IMG/VR virus record: IMGVR_UViG_3300047409_000266
Coordinates: 32,529-96,528 of that record
DNA: 64,000 bases
Strand: one strand, 5' to 3'
From: a virus
Shown: positions 8,180-17,281 of the stretch, in pieces
How positions within the stretch are numbered: position 1 is the first letter of the stretch
How the letters are laid out: each line of letters starts with the position of its first letter
Made by a program: the position numbers and the translations under genes
Notes under the pieces: model-generated
Seen by the model: the letters and a program-made list of their open reading frames with translations, nothing else
What the model was told of the DNA's origin: nothing
The model's database searches: none

Positions 8180-8595
8180 GGCAGTAGATCGCCTATAGCT
8201 CGTTCGGCGCGGCGCCGAGCCTTGAGGTTTTTTGCTTTCTCCTTCGCGTCGTAGCGCAGATGGCACATTTGACAGAGCACGCGAAGATTTGAAATTTTAT
8301 TATCTTCTGGCTTATGATTGAGGTGTGCTGTGGTGAGAACGATCCTGATAATCTTGAGTTTGAGATCGCCAGCACACCATGCGTGTTCGCCAGGGCGCGG
8401 CCAAGTAAGGCGCATGCCATTGGTTCCGGTTGGATGTGCATCATGCCACTTGCCTACCTTGTCACGGCCACCGAGAGCACCGTTTGGCAACCCGCATTCC
8501 TGACAGCGGTTGCCAGCGCGAAAGCGGCGAAGCGCCGAGATCGAGTCCCAGTCTTTCGCGTATCTTGACCGTTCTGATTCTCTGATTGGCATCAC
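8176..8595 (-). CDS. HNH endonuclease family protein
   Basis: CQECG...VLTTAHLNHKPEDN..NLRVLCQMCHLRYD. Confidence 0.8.
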   Translation of the reverse strand: MMPIRESERSRYAKDWDSISALRRFRAGNRCQECGLPNGALGGRDKVGKWHDAHPTGTNGMRLTWPRPGEHAWCAGDLKLKIIRIVLTTAHLNHKPEDNKISNLRVLCQMCHLRYDAKEKAKNLKARRRAERAIGDLLP

Positions 8596-8921
8596 ACAAC
8601 CTCCTTCTCTACGGCCTCGGTACCGATCTCGCGTACGGATGGCCCGACGTCTTTCAGTGATCGATCGATATCGGCCAGGACGAAGTCGCGCGGTTCGCTG
8701 GGCGGGAAACCATCGATGAGTATTCTCAGGCGCGTTAGCATTTCTCTCATGCGCTCGATCTTCTCGCCAGCGTTCGACGGATTGAGCCTGTCTTTTATGC
8801 GGTAGACGTGGAATTGCTTTCCTGGGTGTTCTGCTCGGAGTCGATCGCGCTCGCTGAGAGCGCCAGATATGTTTTTGTGCTGCATGAATTTGTAGCCCGA
8901 GACAATGAATCGGTCAGACAT
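8592..8921 (-). CDS. hypothetical protein
   Basis: ORF track; coupled in operon. Confidence 0.55.
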   Translation of the reverse strand: MSDRFIVSGYKFMQHKNISGALSERDRLRAEHPGKQFHVYRIKDRLNPSNAGEKIERMREMLTRLRILIDGFPPSEPRDFVLADIDRSLKDVGPSVREIGTEAVEKEVV

Positions 8922-9462
8922 GACTCCCTCTCTCGTTTGGCTTGGTTGATTCAGTTGCTTCTTTCTTGAGCGCGGCGACGTCGATGCCGGTTAGGATCGA
9001 GCATAGTTCGAGCACGTCGGCCTTGGATTTTTCGAAAGCCTGCTTGCCCATTGCTTTCGTTGACTGCGATTTTGGCTCACGCCGCACGATCGTATCGTCG
9101 TTGACGAAAAATCGGCAGTAGATGTTTTGCGGATCGCGCATCAAACGAGATACCCACCGCATGGCCTCGTCTTTCGTCGCACATTTGATTGGGTGATCGG
9201 TGTAGTTTCCAGTCTCAATGAGCGCATAGTGCCGCAGATCCTCGGGGTCGGTGAACAGATGGCTGATGGTTTCCGGCAGGTTGTCGAAGGCATTTTTGAG
9301 GCATGCAAAATAGAACCGATGAGAAGCCTGCGACCGCGGTTCATCCACGATCATCGTGTGGTATTCACCTACGCAAAACTGCGAATTGCAGAGGTCTCGA
9401 TGCCGAGGATGGGGAACCATGTGCTCCCCATCCCACATCATGTTCACCGGCCTCTGGCGCAC
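8914..9462 (-). CDS. NinB/DUF1367-like recombination accessory protein
   Basis: PRSxxSHRFYFA and PKSQSxxAMxxxxF motifs; adjacent to annealase. Confidence 0.6.
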   Translation of the reverse strand: MRQRPVNMMWDGEHMVPHPRHRDLCNSQFCVGEYHTMIVDEPRSQASHRFYFACLKNAFDNLPETISHLFTDPEDLRHYALIETGNYTDHPIKCATKDEAMRWVSRLMRDPQNIYCRFFVNDDTIVRREPKSQSTKAMGKQAFEKSKADVLELCSILTGIDVAALKKEATESTKPNERGSHV

Positions 9463-9465
9463 GGG

Positions 9466-10725
9466 CTATGCCGGGTATGCCGGGACGGCTGATTGTTTTG
9501 CAGTATAGGCCAGCCGCACCTCGGTCCGCTCGGCCTCAGATAGCGCCTGGATCGCCTCGTCATTGTCTTTGGCCCAGCGCAACGCACCCAGTTTGCTTTC
9601 GATCTTTTCCATGCTGGATATCAGGGCATCCTTTTTTGACGCACTGGCGGCCTTCTCTGTGGCTTGCTCTTTCGGCTGCTCTGGCTCCTTGGCGGCTGCG
9701 GGCTTCGCCGGGGTATGTTTTGCGCCTCTGGCCTTCTCAATCTCAGCTTTCAGCGCCAAGGCGTCGTTCTTACTGTGCCCCCAGAATTCTTGGAGTGTGG
9801 CGCGGTTCTGATCTTCAAACAGCTTGATCTGCTCCGGTGTTTTGCCACTGAGCCACGCGATCACAGTGTCGGCAAACTTTCCGAATGGGATTTTCTCCTG
9901 CGCGGTGGTGTCGTGGAAGTAGACCATGAGGCCGGGAGGTCCGAGACGCGCGAGGCGATTCTCAGTCTCGGCCTTTGTCACCATCTCGCTCGGCGTGAGG
10001 TCTTGATATTCGACATCCTCGAGCACGGCGGAGCGATCGGTTTCTTCCTGCACATAGAGACGTGACAGATCCTCGGGCCAGCCTTTCCGCAGAGCGCCCA
10101 TCTCGGAGCATTTGGCGATCTGATTGCGGCCTGACTTGATCCAAGCGTCTTTTTTAGGATCGAGACGAGCGGTGACTTTCGCGCCGGCCTTCAATTTCTT
10201 TCGCTTTTTCGGATTGCCATCCGGCCATGTCTCGCCTGTTTCTACCATGTCGTAATCGTCATCATCGCCAGCACGAATAAGAGGCGCAAACTCGTCCCAG
10301 TAGACCGTGTGCACGATGCGCTGGAATGGATCGTTGGCGGTCGGTCGATGATAGACACCGACAGTGCATGTCTCGATGCCGTGCGGGTTGCTAAGAGGGT
10401 CTTTCAATTCCTCTTTGAAAACCCATACTGGCGGGTGATCGTCAGGACGATAATTGCATGTGCGCGCTGCGATTGACCGGCTACCGTCGATGCCGGTGAC
10501 GAGGACCATGTTTCGTTTCTTCGGATCATTCTTTGAAAAAACAAAAGCGTAGAGTTGTTTGCGAAGCGGCGAGAGGTTCAATTCTCGCGCCACCGCAACC
10601 GCCTCGTCGAATTCGTCGGCGTTGCAATCCTTGAAAGCCGTGCGCCTGACTAGCGAGACCATCTTCGGATCTTGCCACCAGGAAGTTGCTGGCAGTGTGT
10701 TGGTGGGCTTTGTGAGGGCGTTCAT
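9466..10725 (-). CDS. bet: RecT/Red-beta family single-strand annealing protein
   Basis: LSPLRKQLY, TGIDGxRxIAAR, W...QIAKCSExxALRKGWP..LSRLY. Confidence 0.85.
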   Translation of the reverse strand: MNALTKPTNTLPATSWWQDPKMVSLVRRTAFKDCNADEFDEAVAVARELNLSPLRKQLYAFVFSKNDPKKRNMVLVTGIDGSRSIAARTCNYRPDDHPPVWVFKEELKDPLSNPHGIETCTVGVYHRPTANDPFQRIVHTVYWDEFAPLIRAGDDDDYDMVETGETWPDGNPKKRKKLKAGAKVTARLDPKKDAWIKSGRNQIAKCSEMGALRKGWPEDLSRLYVQEETDRSAVLEDVEYQDLTPSEMVTKAETENRLARLGPPGLMVYFHDTTAQEKIPFGKFADTVIAWLSGKTPEQIKLFEDQNRATLQEFWGHSKNDALALKAEIEKARGAKHTPAKPAAAKEPEQPKEQATEKAASASKKDALISSMEKIESKLGALRWAKDNDEAIQALSEAERTEVRLAYTAKQSAVPAYPA

Positions 10726-10736
10726 TGGTGTGCTCC

Positions 10737-11381
10737 TTAGATAAATCTGATGGCGACAGAAAAACTCCCGTTGCCGAGCTCGGCACCTGGGATCGGCGGG
10801 TTTGCCGCGACGATGGCCTGCAACGCCGCGGAGTACGCTGGCGTGCCTTCCTCAAGCTCGCCCTTCTTAACGCGCGATTCGAGGTCATCGATCGCCTTAG
10901 AGCGCGCTCTCAATGCGGTGGTGAGATCGGCGCGACTAAGTGCTGGCTCTGGCACCTTGAAGAAGCTTGCCGGCACCATCGCCTCATCGGTAACGACAAG
11001 CTTGGGCTGGACAAAGCGCCTGCTGATTGTTGCGATGTCTAGTTCAAACTTATCCTGGCCGAGAACTTCAAGTGCGCTGACCAGCATGGTTCGCATGAAA
11101 TCAATGCGGTTCTCCAGCCTGCTCTTGCGGGCCTGCTTGCGTTCGATCGACTTCTTGATGCCAAGCACGCGCGTATCGTCATCATCGATTTGGATAACGA
11201 TCCGCTTCATCAATTCCAGAAGGTTGGTCTCGCCCTCGATGGTGTCCTGTAGGGTCTGCTCGTCCAGTTCCTGATCTTCTTCGGCCAGGATGGTTTTCAG
11301 TTGCTCCTTGAGCGCCGCGGCTGCGGCCGTCTCCTTGGCCAAGTCGCGCCGTGCGTCGGTGTTCTGTTTGGTACGTGCCAT
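10737..11381 (-). CDS. siphovirus Gp157 family protein
   Basis: DTIEGET, coiled coil, C-terminal IPGAELxNG; next to recombinase. Confidence 0.75.
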   Translation of the reverse strand: MARTKQNTDARRDLAKETAAAAALKEQLKTILAEEDQELDEQTLQDTIEGETNLLELMKRIVIQIDDDDTRVLGIKKSIERKQARKSRLENRIDFMRTMLVSALEVLGQDKFELDIATISRRFVQPKLVVTDEAMVPASFFKVPEPALSRADLTTALRARSKAIDDLESRVKKGELEEGTPAYSAALQAIVAANPPIPGAELGNGSFSVAIRFI

Positions 11382-11414
11382 TGTCGTTGCTCCTGTTATC
11401 GTGTTGACGTCAGA

Positions 11415-12653
11415 TTAAAGCGGCGAACCCTGCTTTTCTTCTCCGAGACTGACGAGGCGATCGATCAAGAAGTCCTCGAATTCGCGCGTCTCGTCGAGAA
11501 GCCCGTGTTTGATGTGGAGGAATTCCTCCACCAGCGTTGCGGCAACCCGCTTAGTGCCCTGCATGAAGGCGCGTCGAGCGATGTAGATATTTCCGCCTTC
11601 AACCATACCCATAACGCTGGCCCCAAGCGTATCCGTGAGGATCAGCGGGTATTCGGTGACGTCGAAATGCAGAACCATCTTGCAAAACTTAACGGCCTTC
11701 TCGAGCATTTCCTTTTCAACGCCCTCTAGCGCTGTCGTGTTGGTGGAAAGCTCGACCCGCTTTGCATCCTTGTAGCGGCGGATTGCCGATATGTTGGTGC
11801 GCGCCACGCGGTCCTTCATCAGGTCATCGACCACCTTGAGGAACGTCGGCGACGGCTTGCCTGGACCCCAAATGCCTTCCTCGCGAAAGTTGAGATCGTG
11901 CTCAAAATAGCTGTTCTGGGCGCCGAGCAATTCGCGGAGAAAGTTCTCATCGGTTGTGTCGAGGACATCGGCCGCGATTTGCATCGGTAGCCATGTCGGA
12001 TATTTCGCGGTGCGATCTTCCGTGAGGTCGACAGAGCGCGTCATGTTGTAGGTGAATTTAGAAACCTTTGCCTTGGGGAATCGGTGGACCAAGATGCCGC
12101 GATAGAAGATACCGCTGCTCTCGCCTTCGTGCACCTCGCAGCCTTCCAGTTTTAGAAATGGACCATTCCCCATCAGAATGAACATCGAACGGTTGCGATG
12201 CTGGGTGAGGAATTCAGGCCCTTCTACGAAGATGCGCGTCACGCCGGCAGTCGGCGCCGGTAGGGCACCATAGGCCATATCGTATTCGTAGAACGAACCG
12301 CCCTCATCCTTGTTGTTTTGATAAAGCTCGCGGTGGGCCATCGCCATGTCCCAAGTTTTCCCGAGCTCGTCAGTGAAGCCAAGCGGCTCGCCATCCATGG
12401 TGATGAAGCGAAACACCTTCTCGCGGATTATCTTTTCCACCAAACCAAATGCGTGAACGCGCTCGCCGGATTGGATTGTGATCTTGTGCCCTGGCGTGCG
12501 GGTGATAATCGCCAGCGCGTATTTCAGGCCGGTGCCGAAGATGCCAATCGGGCTATCGCCAACTTTCACATGCGCGCCGAATGTGCGAATCAGCAATGGG
12601 TCGATCTCGCCTGGGTTTTCAAAGATCACGCATGGGAATTTATCGTCGGTCAT
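11415..12653 (-). CDS. GHKL-like ATPase domain protein
   Basis: IGIFGTGLKYALA glycine loop, RELYQN; likely start ATG 12653. Confidence 0.55.
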   Translation of the reverse strand: MTDDKFPCVIFENPGEIDPLLIRTFGAHVKVGDSPIGIFGTGLKYALAIITRTPGHKITIQSGERVHAFGLVEKIIREKVFRFITMDGEPLGFTDELGKTWDMAMAHRELYQNNKDEGGSFYEYDMAYGALPAPTAGVTRIFVEGPEFLTQHRNRSMFILMGNGPFLKLEGCEVHEGESSGIFYRGILVHRFPKAKVSKFTYNMTRSVDLTEDRTAKYPTWLPMQIAADVLDTTDENFLRELLGAQNSYFEHDLNFREEGIWGPGKPSPTFLKVVDDLMKDRVARTNISAIRRYKDAKRVELSTNTTALEGVEKEMLEKAVKFCKMVLHFDVTEYPLILTDTLGASVMGMVEGGNIYIARRAFMQGTKRVAATLVEEFLHIKHGLLDETREFEDFLIDRLVSLGEEKQGSPL

Positions 12654-12853
12654 AGGTTTGCTCCGTGTATGATGGTTACATATTTGAGGACGCACACGAT
12701 GGTGAACAGAAACGAGATAAGTGCTGTGATAACTGGGGACCACGGGAAGTGGAATTCCGAAATTCCAAACAGCCACGCAAGGAAAAGTCCGAAGTTAATT
12801 CCTCCAAGGAGGGCTGAAAAAATTGCGAACACTAGAAGCGTTTCATTTGTCAT
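12650..12853 (-). CDS. small membrane protein
   Basis: Two hydrophobic segments; overlaps neighbours. Confidence 0.5.
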   Translation of the reverse strand: MTNETLLVFAIFSALLGGINFGLFLAWLFGISEFHFPWSPVITALISFLFTIVCVLKYVTIIHGANL

Positions 12854-13229
12854 CGGTCACATCTCCTGGAGCCAAAGCACGCGCGATGTTCACGACACTG
12901 ACGCGATTCGCCGCGCTTGGAATTTTTAGGTACGCCTCGACAAGTTCTAGCCCATGTGGAGCTTTAAGCATCCGTTCGACAAGATCAGGGGCGGCTTCTG
13001 TCGTCTTGTCACTGATGAAAAACCACTCGATAGGCTTCCCTACTGCATCGGCGGCAAGCTTAAGTCTGCCGGCGCTCATGCGATTTTGGCCGCTAACATA
13101 CTTGCCAACCTGTTGGAATCTCACACCCAAAAAAGTGGCAAGCTTTACTTGGCTCATTCCGGTGCGGCGCAATGCAAGGTCAAGCCTAGACGCTACAAGC
13201 TTATCAATTTCATTCTGGGTTCTTGGCAT
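12843..13229 (-). CDS. XRE-family HTH transcriptional regulator
   Basis: GMSQVKLAxxLGVRFQQVGKYxxGxNRM. Confidence 0.85.
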   Translation of the reverse strand: MPRTQNEIDKLVASRLDLALRRTGMSQVKLATFLGVRFQQVGKYVSGQNRMSAGRLKLAADAVGKPIEWFFISDKTTEAAPDLVERMLKAPHGLELVEAYLKIPSAANRVSVVNIARALAPGDVTDDK

Positions 13230-13503
13230 TGAGTTTTTCCTTTGCCGGGTATCGTTGCTGCTCGATCTTGGTGATGCGTTGCTGCAGACCAGTCAGAGTC
13301 AGCGTGAAATCTGCGCCTGTGATTGGATTAGGATCATTGCTGAGATCAAGAGTCCCGTCCTGTGCCAAGTTTTGAAAGCGCAGAAAGCTTTGCTCCCACC
13401 CGTTGAATTGTTCGGTGAGAAACAAAAGGCGATCCGAGTCGTCGGCGAGGCTCTCCAAATAATTATCCACCCGAGTGAGATAGCGCGCTGCGCGGTCAGA
13501 CAT
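13210..13503 (-). CDS. hypothetical protein
   Basis: ORF track; start ATG 13503. Confidence 0.55.
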   Translation of the reverse strand: MSDRAARYLTRVDNYLESLADDSDRLLFLTEQFNGWEQSFLRFQNLAQDGTLDLSNDPNPITGADFTLTLTGLQQRITKIEQQRYPAKEKLNAKNPE

Positions 13504-13756
13504 TGGGCACCTGTTCTCGAATTGCTTTGGCAATCATTTCAGCAGCAATATCTTCGCCGCGTTCTTCGGCTACGATCTCAGCGGCTGCTTCCTCAGACAT
13601 AAACTTGAATGTTTGACCGCGATCACGGCGCGTCTTGGCGGCTTTGCCTTTGTGCGCCTCCGCAATTTTGGCACAGCGCTCCTGTTCGGCGGCGACAGCC
13701 GAGGCGATCTCGGCTTGCAAGATGGCCATGTCCACGTCATCAAGCCCTTTGCTCAT
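13496..13756 (-). CDS. hypothetical phage protein (ERCAKIAE motif)
   Basis: ORF track; start ATG 13756. Confidence 0.55.
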   Translation of the reverse strand: MSKGLDDVDMAILQAEIASAVAAEQERCAKIAEAHKGKAAKTRRDRGQTFKFMSEEAAAEIVAEERGEDIAAEMIAKAIREQVPNV

Positions 13757-14010
13757 TTGGCTTCCTTTGCCGCCTGATGCTTGTCGCGGATATGATCGCA
13801 CCGCGCGGCTTCCGAACTGAAACGACGATTGCAATCCGTGCATTTGAAGCGCTTGTCTTTTGGCTTCGATACGCGGCCTATTTGCTCAGCTTGGCATCCA
13901 GCGCACAGTCCCGGAAAGCCTTGGCCTTCTCCGGTTTCAATGTCGCCGATGATCTCGCCGCACTGCTCGCACATAAAACCATCGAGCATCATTTCCGCAA
14001 TTTCACCCAT
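13753..14010 (-). CDS. Zn-finger protein (C4 plus C2H2)
   Basis: MGEIAEMMLDG.CEQCG...CAGC...CTDC..F.....DHIRDKH. Confidence 0.65.
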   Translation of the reverse strand: MGEIAEMMLDGFMCEQCGEIIGDIETGEGQGFPGLCAGCQAEQIGRVSKPKDKRFKCTDCNRRFSSEAARCDHIRDKHQAAKEAK

Positions 14011-14218
14011 GATCGTCCTCCTTGCTCTGCTTCGCCAATCTTTCCGCAAGCGCCAGCGTTTCGGCGTGCGCACGATTGTAGGCATCCTGCGGATTGATCT
14101 TCACGCCAGCATCGGCGTATCCAAGCATTTCCTGCCGCCATTTCGCGATGGCCACACGGGCCACCGCGATCTTGTCAACCTCACCAGATGACGTGAGAAC
14201 TACGCGGGTATCGGTCAT
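14003..14218 (-). CDS. hypothetical protein
   Basis: ORF track; start ATG 14218. Confidence 0.5.
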   Translation of the reverse strand: MTDTRVVLTSSGEVDKIAVARVAIAKWRQEMLGYADAGVKINPQDAYNRAHAETLALAERLAKQSKEDDHG

Positions 14219-14511
14219 CGCGCGACCTCGACTGGCGATGGCTCTTGCCAAGCTGGATCTTCTGGATCGCCCGAGTCGGCTTCCGGCATCAAATAAATGA
14301 TACCGTCCCACTGTTTGAGCGCTGTGCGGATGGACTCGTCGTCAGGTTGCAGAAATAGCCCCGGCTGCATTTCGTTGAGGCTGTTTTCTACGATAGTTGC
14401 AACGGTGCCAGCGGGCACCACGCATTCTGGGAAGATGTCGTAATCTTCCGAAAATACGACGCGGGCACCGTCAGGAAGTTCGGCAAGCTTGATCCAGGAT
14501 AACTGTGTCAT
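14215..14511 (-). CDS. hypothetical protein
   Basis: ORF track; coupled. Confidence 0.55.
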   Translation of the reverse strand: MTQLSWIKLAELPDGARVVFSEDYDIFPECVVPAGTVATIVENSLNEMQPGLFLQPDDESIRTALKQWDGIIYLMPEADSGDPEDPAWQEPSPVEVAR

Positions 14512-14687
14512 GGAAGTTTCCTTTCCAACAATTCTTCACAGCGTTTCTGTTGGAAGCCCAGCAGGCATTGTGCGTCGTGCAGTGCGTCGACTGGGTCCAT
14601 CCGTTCAAATTGTTCAAGCATGCCGAGCAGCGCATATCGTGTTGCTGGATTGCGGCGGATCATTTCGAGGTCTGACTTGTAGGACAT
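14508..14687 (-). CDS. 59-aa phage protein (DPVDALxDA motif)
   Basis: Manual translation MSYKSDLEMIRRNPATRYALLGMLEQFERMDPVDALHDAQCLL...; SD GGAGG. Confidence 0.6.
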   Translation of the reverse strand: MSYKSDLEMIRRNPATRYALLGMLEQFERMDPVDALHDAQCLLGFQQKRCEELLERKLP

Positions 14688-14696
14688 CTGATCCTC

Positions 14697-15017
14697 CTAC
14701 CGCTGCATGAATTGTGAGACATCGAGGCTCTCAGTGTCCTCGAGATCGGATGGAATGAATTCACCGAGCGCGCGCCTCACGCGATCATCGTCACCATCGT
14801 ACGGATCGCAACATTCAATACGATGCTCTGCGACGAATTCGCGGTCCTCACCGTAGATGCCTTTCGACACATAGCCGCGCCAGATTTGGTAGGCTGAAAG
14901 CTTTGCGAGACGTATGAAGCCGCGGGCGTCAGAAAGTTTGGCGAAGGTGCCGGCGCTTTCGTCGGTGGTGAGGTCGACTACCTCGTATTTGTCATCGTCG
15001 TATGGGATATGGGTCAT
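14697..15017 (-). CDS. hypothetical protein, first gene of leftward operon
   Basis: ORF track; SD GGGAG. Confidence 0.6.
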   Translation of the reverse strand: MTHIPYDDDKYEVVDLTTDESAGTFAKLSDARGFIRLAKLSAYQIWRGYVSKGIYGEDREFVAEHRIECCDPYDGDDDRVRRALGEFIPSDLEDTESLDVSQFMQR

Positions 15018-15053
15018 GCTGATGCTCCCGTTTGGGTTGCGTTTACGGAGCCT

Positions 15054-15165
15054 ATTATGCAGATCGCATTTGATGCGTCAATGCAAATCGCATATCCAAT
15101 GAAAATAGGTATATAAATACCATTTATGCAATATAGATTGACAGTCTCTATGCGTTCTGCATACT
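15054..15165. promoter_or_regulatory. divergent promoters with three ATGCA-N4-GCAT operators
   Basis: Operators 15057-15069, 15081-15093, 15150-15162 (third inverted); leftward TTGACG-16-CATAAT, rightward TTGACA-16-CATACT. Confidence 0.7.
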
Positions 15166-15172
15166 AACTGCC

Positions 15173-15382
15173 ATGTCAGAGGCTAACCCAATCCAGCCAG
15201 CAGACATCAAGGCAGCGCGCGAGCGGCTTGGGGAAACCCAAGAAGCGTTTGGGCGTCGGTTTGGTGTAGATCAGAGCACCGTCCATCGGTGGGAAACGGA
15301 TGCTGCCCCTACGCGCGGCCCAGCTCGCATGGCTGTTGAGCACGTCTTGGCAGAGATCAAAGCGCAAGACACGGCCGCCTGA
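15173..15382 (+). CDS. Cro-like HTH regulator
   Basis: IKAARERLGETQEAFGRRFGVDQSTVHRWET; probably leaderless. Confidence 0.8.
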   Translation: MSEANPIQPADIKAARERLGETQEAFGRRFGVDQSTVHRWETDAAPTRGPARMAVEHVLAEIKAQDTAA

Positions 15383-15532
15383 TGCCAAAATCCACGCACC
15401 AACCAGAGTGCCCACGCTGTCACGTTGAACACGAAGGCAATAGACGCGGATACTGTAAGCTTTGCAGGGCCTTATACGAGGCGGCGCGACGGGCTAAGCT
15501 TCGGGCTGCGGCGGCATGTGATTATTTAAGTT

Positions 15533-15976
15533 TTGGCACCTAGTTTGCGGCAGTTTGAGCGTCTTTTGGGGGAGGCAATCGTGACAAAACGCTTCTACGT
15601 GTCTGCAGCGTGGATCTCTGTGCTTTTCATGCTGGCGATCGTGCTCACGTCGAAGCCGGCACTACCGGCAGAACTTAACGGTCGCCCGTACTCGTGCCCG
15701 CGGCGGGCATGGTGCGGATGCTGGCTCGATGACTATCTTGGCACACACAACAAATCCCTTTGGGTTGCGCGTAACTGGTTGCGAATCGGTCGGCCTGTTT
15801 CGCGTCCGGCTCCCGGCGTGGTCGCCGTTTACGCTCGCGGACATGGCGGCCACGTCGGCATTGTTACAGCGGTTCCAAGGCAGGGCGTGATTGTGATGAA
15901 GTCAGGAAACGACGACGGCATGGTGCGCGAGCGCGAGCGCAGTACGGCTGGCGTCATTGGATATCGGAGACTTTGA
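15533..15976 (+). CDS. CHAP/NlpC-like Cys peptidoglycan hydrolase with N-terminal signal/TM
   Basis: AWCG...ARNW...GHVGIV...SGN...GYR; true start may be GTG 15581. Confidence 0.65.
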   Translation: MAPSLRQFERLLGEAIVTKRFYVSAAWISVLFMLAIVLTSKPALPAELNGRPYSCPRRAWCGCWLDDYLGTHNKSLWVARNWLRIGRPVSRPAPGVVAVYARGHGGHVGIVTAVPRQGVIVMKSGNDDGMVRERERSTAGVIGYRRL

Positions 15977-16323
15977 AAATGGGCAGTCTTAAAGATTTGT
16001 TTGGCGACACACCTTATCAGCTTTCGCCATTCGTCAAACTGGATCGCACGCCACTATCCTCGATGACGCTGCCAGAAGATATTCCGGTCAGTGTCGCAAA
16101 TCTGTTCGAGGAAATCTCGTTGATGCTCTACAGGCAAGGACACAAACGGTTTTCGTCTGATGCTGTGGCGCACAGGATGCGGTGGTTCCACAACGTCGAG
16201 CGTAATGATTCAAGCTTCAAGATCAATAATAATCACACGAGCGTTCTCGCGCGCTGGTTTCTCGCCAACCATCCCGAGATGGCAGGGTTCTTCGAACTGA
16301 GACAATCACCGAGTAGAAATTAG
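15973..16323 (+). CDS. hypothetical phage protein (FKINNN...GFFELR)
   Basis: ORF track. Confidence 0.65.
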   Translation: MKMGSLKDLFGDTPYQLSPFVKLDRTPLSSMTLPEDIPVSVANLFEEISLMLYRQGHKRFSSDAVAHRMRWFHNVERNDSSFKINNNHTSVLARWFLANHPEMAGFFELRQSPSRN

Positions 16324-16329
16324 GAGTGT

Positions 16330-16557
16330 GTGATGACCGAGAGCTTTGGCGAGACTGCTTTACCGTTTTGGACGCAACACCAGTATGACGAAATGAATAG
16401 CAGATTTGCTCTCGCGATGGTCGAAGCGCCAGAAGGGAAATATCCTGGGCGACAAATGCGGAATGTTCTTGCCGCTGATGGCCCATTCGATACTGTGCCG
16501 AAGCGTTTTGCGGGGTACACTATCATCGCAACCGGATCATCAGCACTGGATTGGTAG
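16330..16557 (+). CDS. hypothetical protein
   Basis: ORF track; SD AGGAG. Confidence 0.5.
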   Translation: MMTESFGETALPFWTQHQYDEMNSRFALAMVEAPEGKYPGRQMRNVLAADGPFDTVPKRFAGYTIIATGSSALDW

Positions 16558-16558
16558 C

Positions 16559-16927
16559 ATGTCATTCGCCGTCAAAGCCGAAACACACGAAGGCAACATC
16601 TTCATGCTGCGCGGAGGCTTTGCAACAGAGTCCGACGCGGAAGATTATCCGGTGACACTCAAGCAGTGGAAACGTGTTTGGGTCGAACCGGTCATTGAGG
16701 CACTGCCGCCAGAGGCTGAAGGATTTCCGCCCTTCCCGTGGGACTGGACCTCAAGCTCCGCGCCAACGGCCAACGGCCAATTTCAAGCCTATCTTGTCGA
16801 TGCAAACGGCAAGAAGATTGCCGCGATCTGGGGTGGCAAGCACAAGGCTGCGATTGCCGATCACATCTTGCGCTGCTGCAATCCTCAAGATGAGAAACAG
16901 CTAAACACCATTATTGGAGCGGGATGA
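16559..16927 (+). CDS. hypothetical protein
   Basis: In frame with ORF 16406..16927. Confidence 0.55.
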   Translation: MSFAVKAETHEGNIFMLRGGFATESDAEDYPVTLKQWKRVWVEPVIEALPPEAEGFPPFPWDWTSSSAPTANGQFQAYLVDANGKKIAAIWGGKHKAAIADHILRCCNPQDEKQLNTIIGAG

Positions 16928-17280
16928 TGGTCGATCTGCCTAATCTCAAGGACGACGAGAAGGCCACGTTCGAGCGATTGGTGAACACAGCATTACAGCG
17001 TCAGCGATGCCCTATGAACGATAGCGGAACCGGGAAGCGTTTCAAAAACCTCCCGCGGCTTGCGCGCGCCGGCTTCATACGCATTGAGATTTTCGCGCAC
17101 AACTTTCGCCGCGTGACAATCTTAGTAGGGCCACACACCGGGCTCTCCACGTTGAGCCCGCGCGGCAATCAGAAGCCGTGGAAAATCATCGATATTTATG
17201 GTACGACGAACAACGGGAAGCCGGTTGCGGACGCCAGAGGTAGGCAGCAGCCGTGGGCGCCGAAGCTTTCGAGCAGATAA
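16924..17280 (+). CDS. hypothetical protein
   Basis: ORF track; coupled. Confidence 0.55.
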   Translation: MMVDLPNLKDDEKATFERLVNTALQRQRCPMNDSGTGKRFKNLPRLARAGFIRIEIFAHNFRRVTILVGPHTGLSTLSPRGNQKPWKIIDIYGTTNNGKPVADARGRQQPWAPKLSSR

Positions 17281-17281
17281 A

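Noticed and set aside
12823-13602. 259-aa plus-strand ORF and similar long shadow ORFs (e.g. 39024..39899, 51836..52744, 56099..56977)
   Set aside because: They lie antisense or out of frame to genes with clear motifs and have no recognisable features of their own
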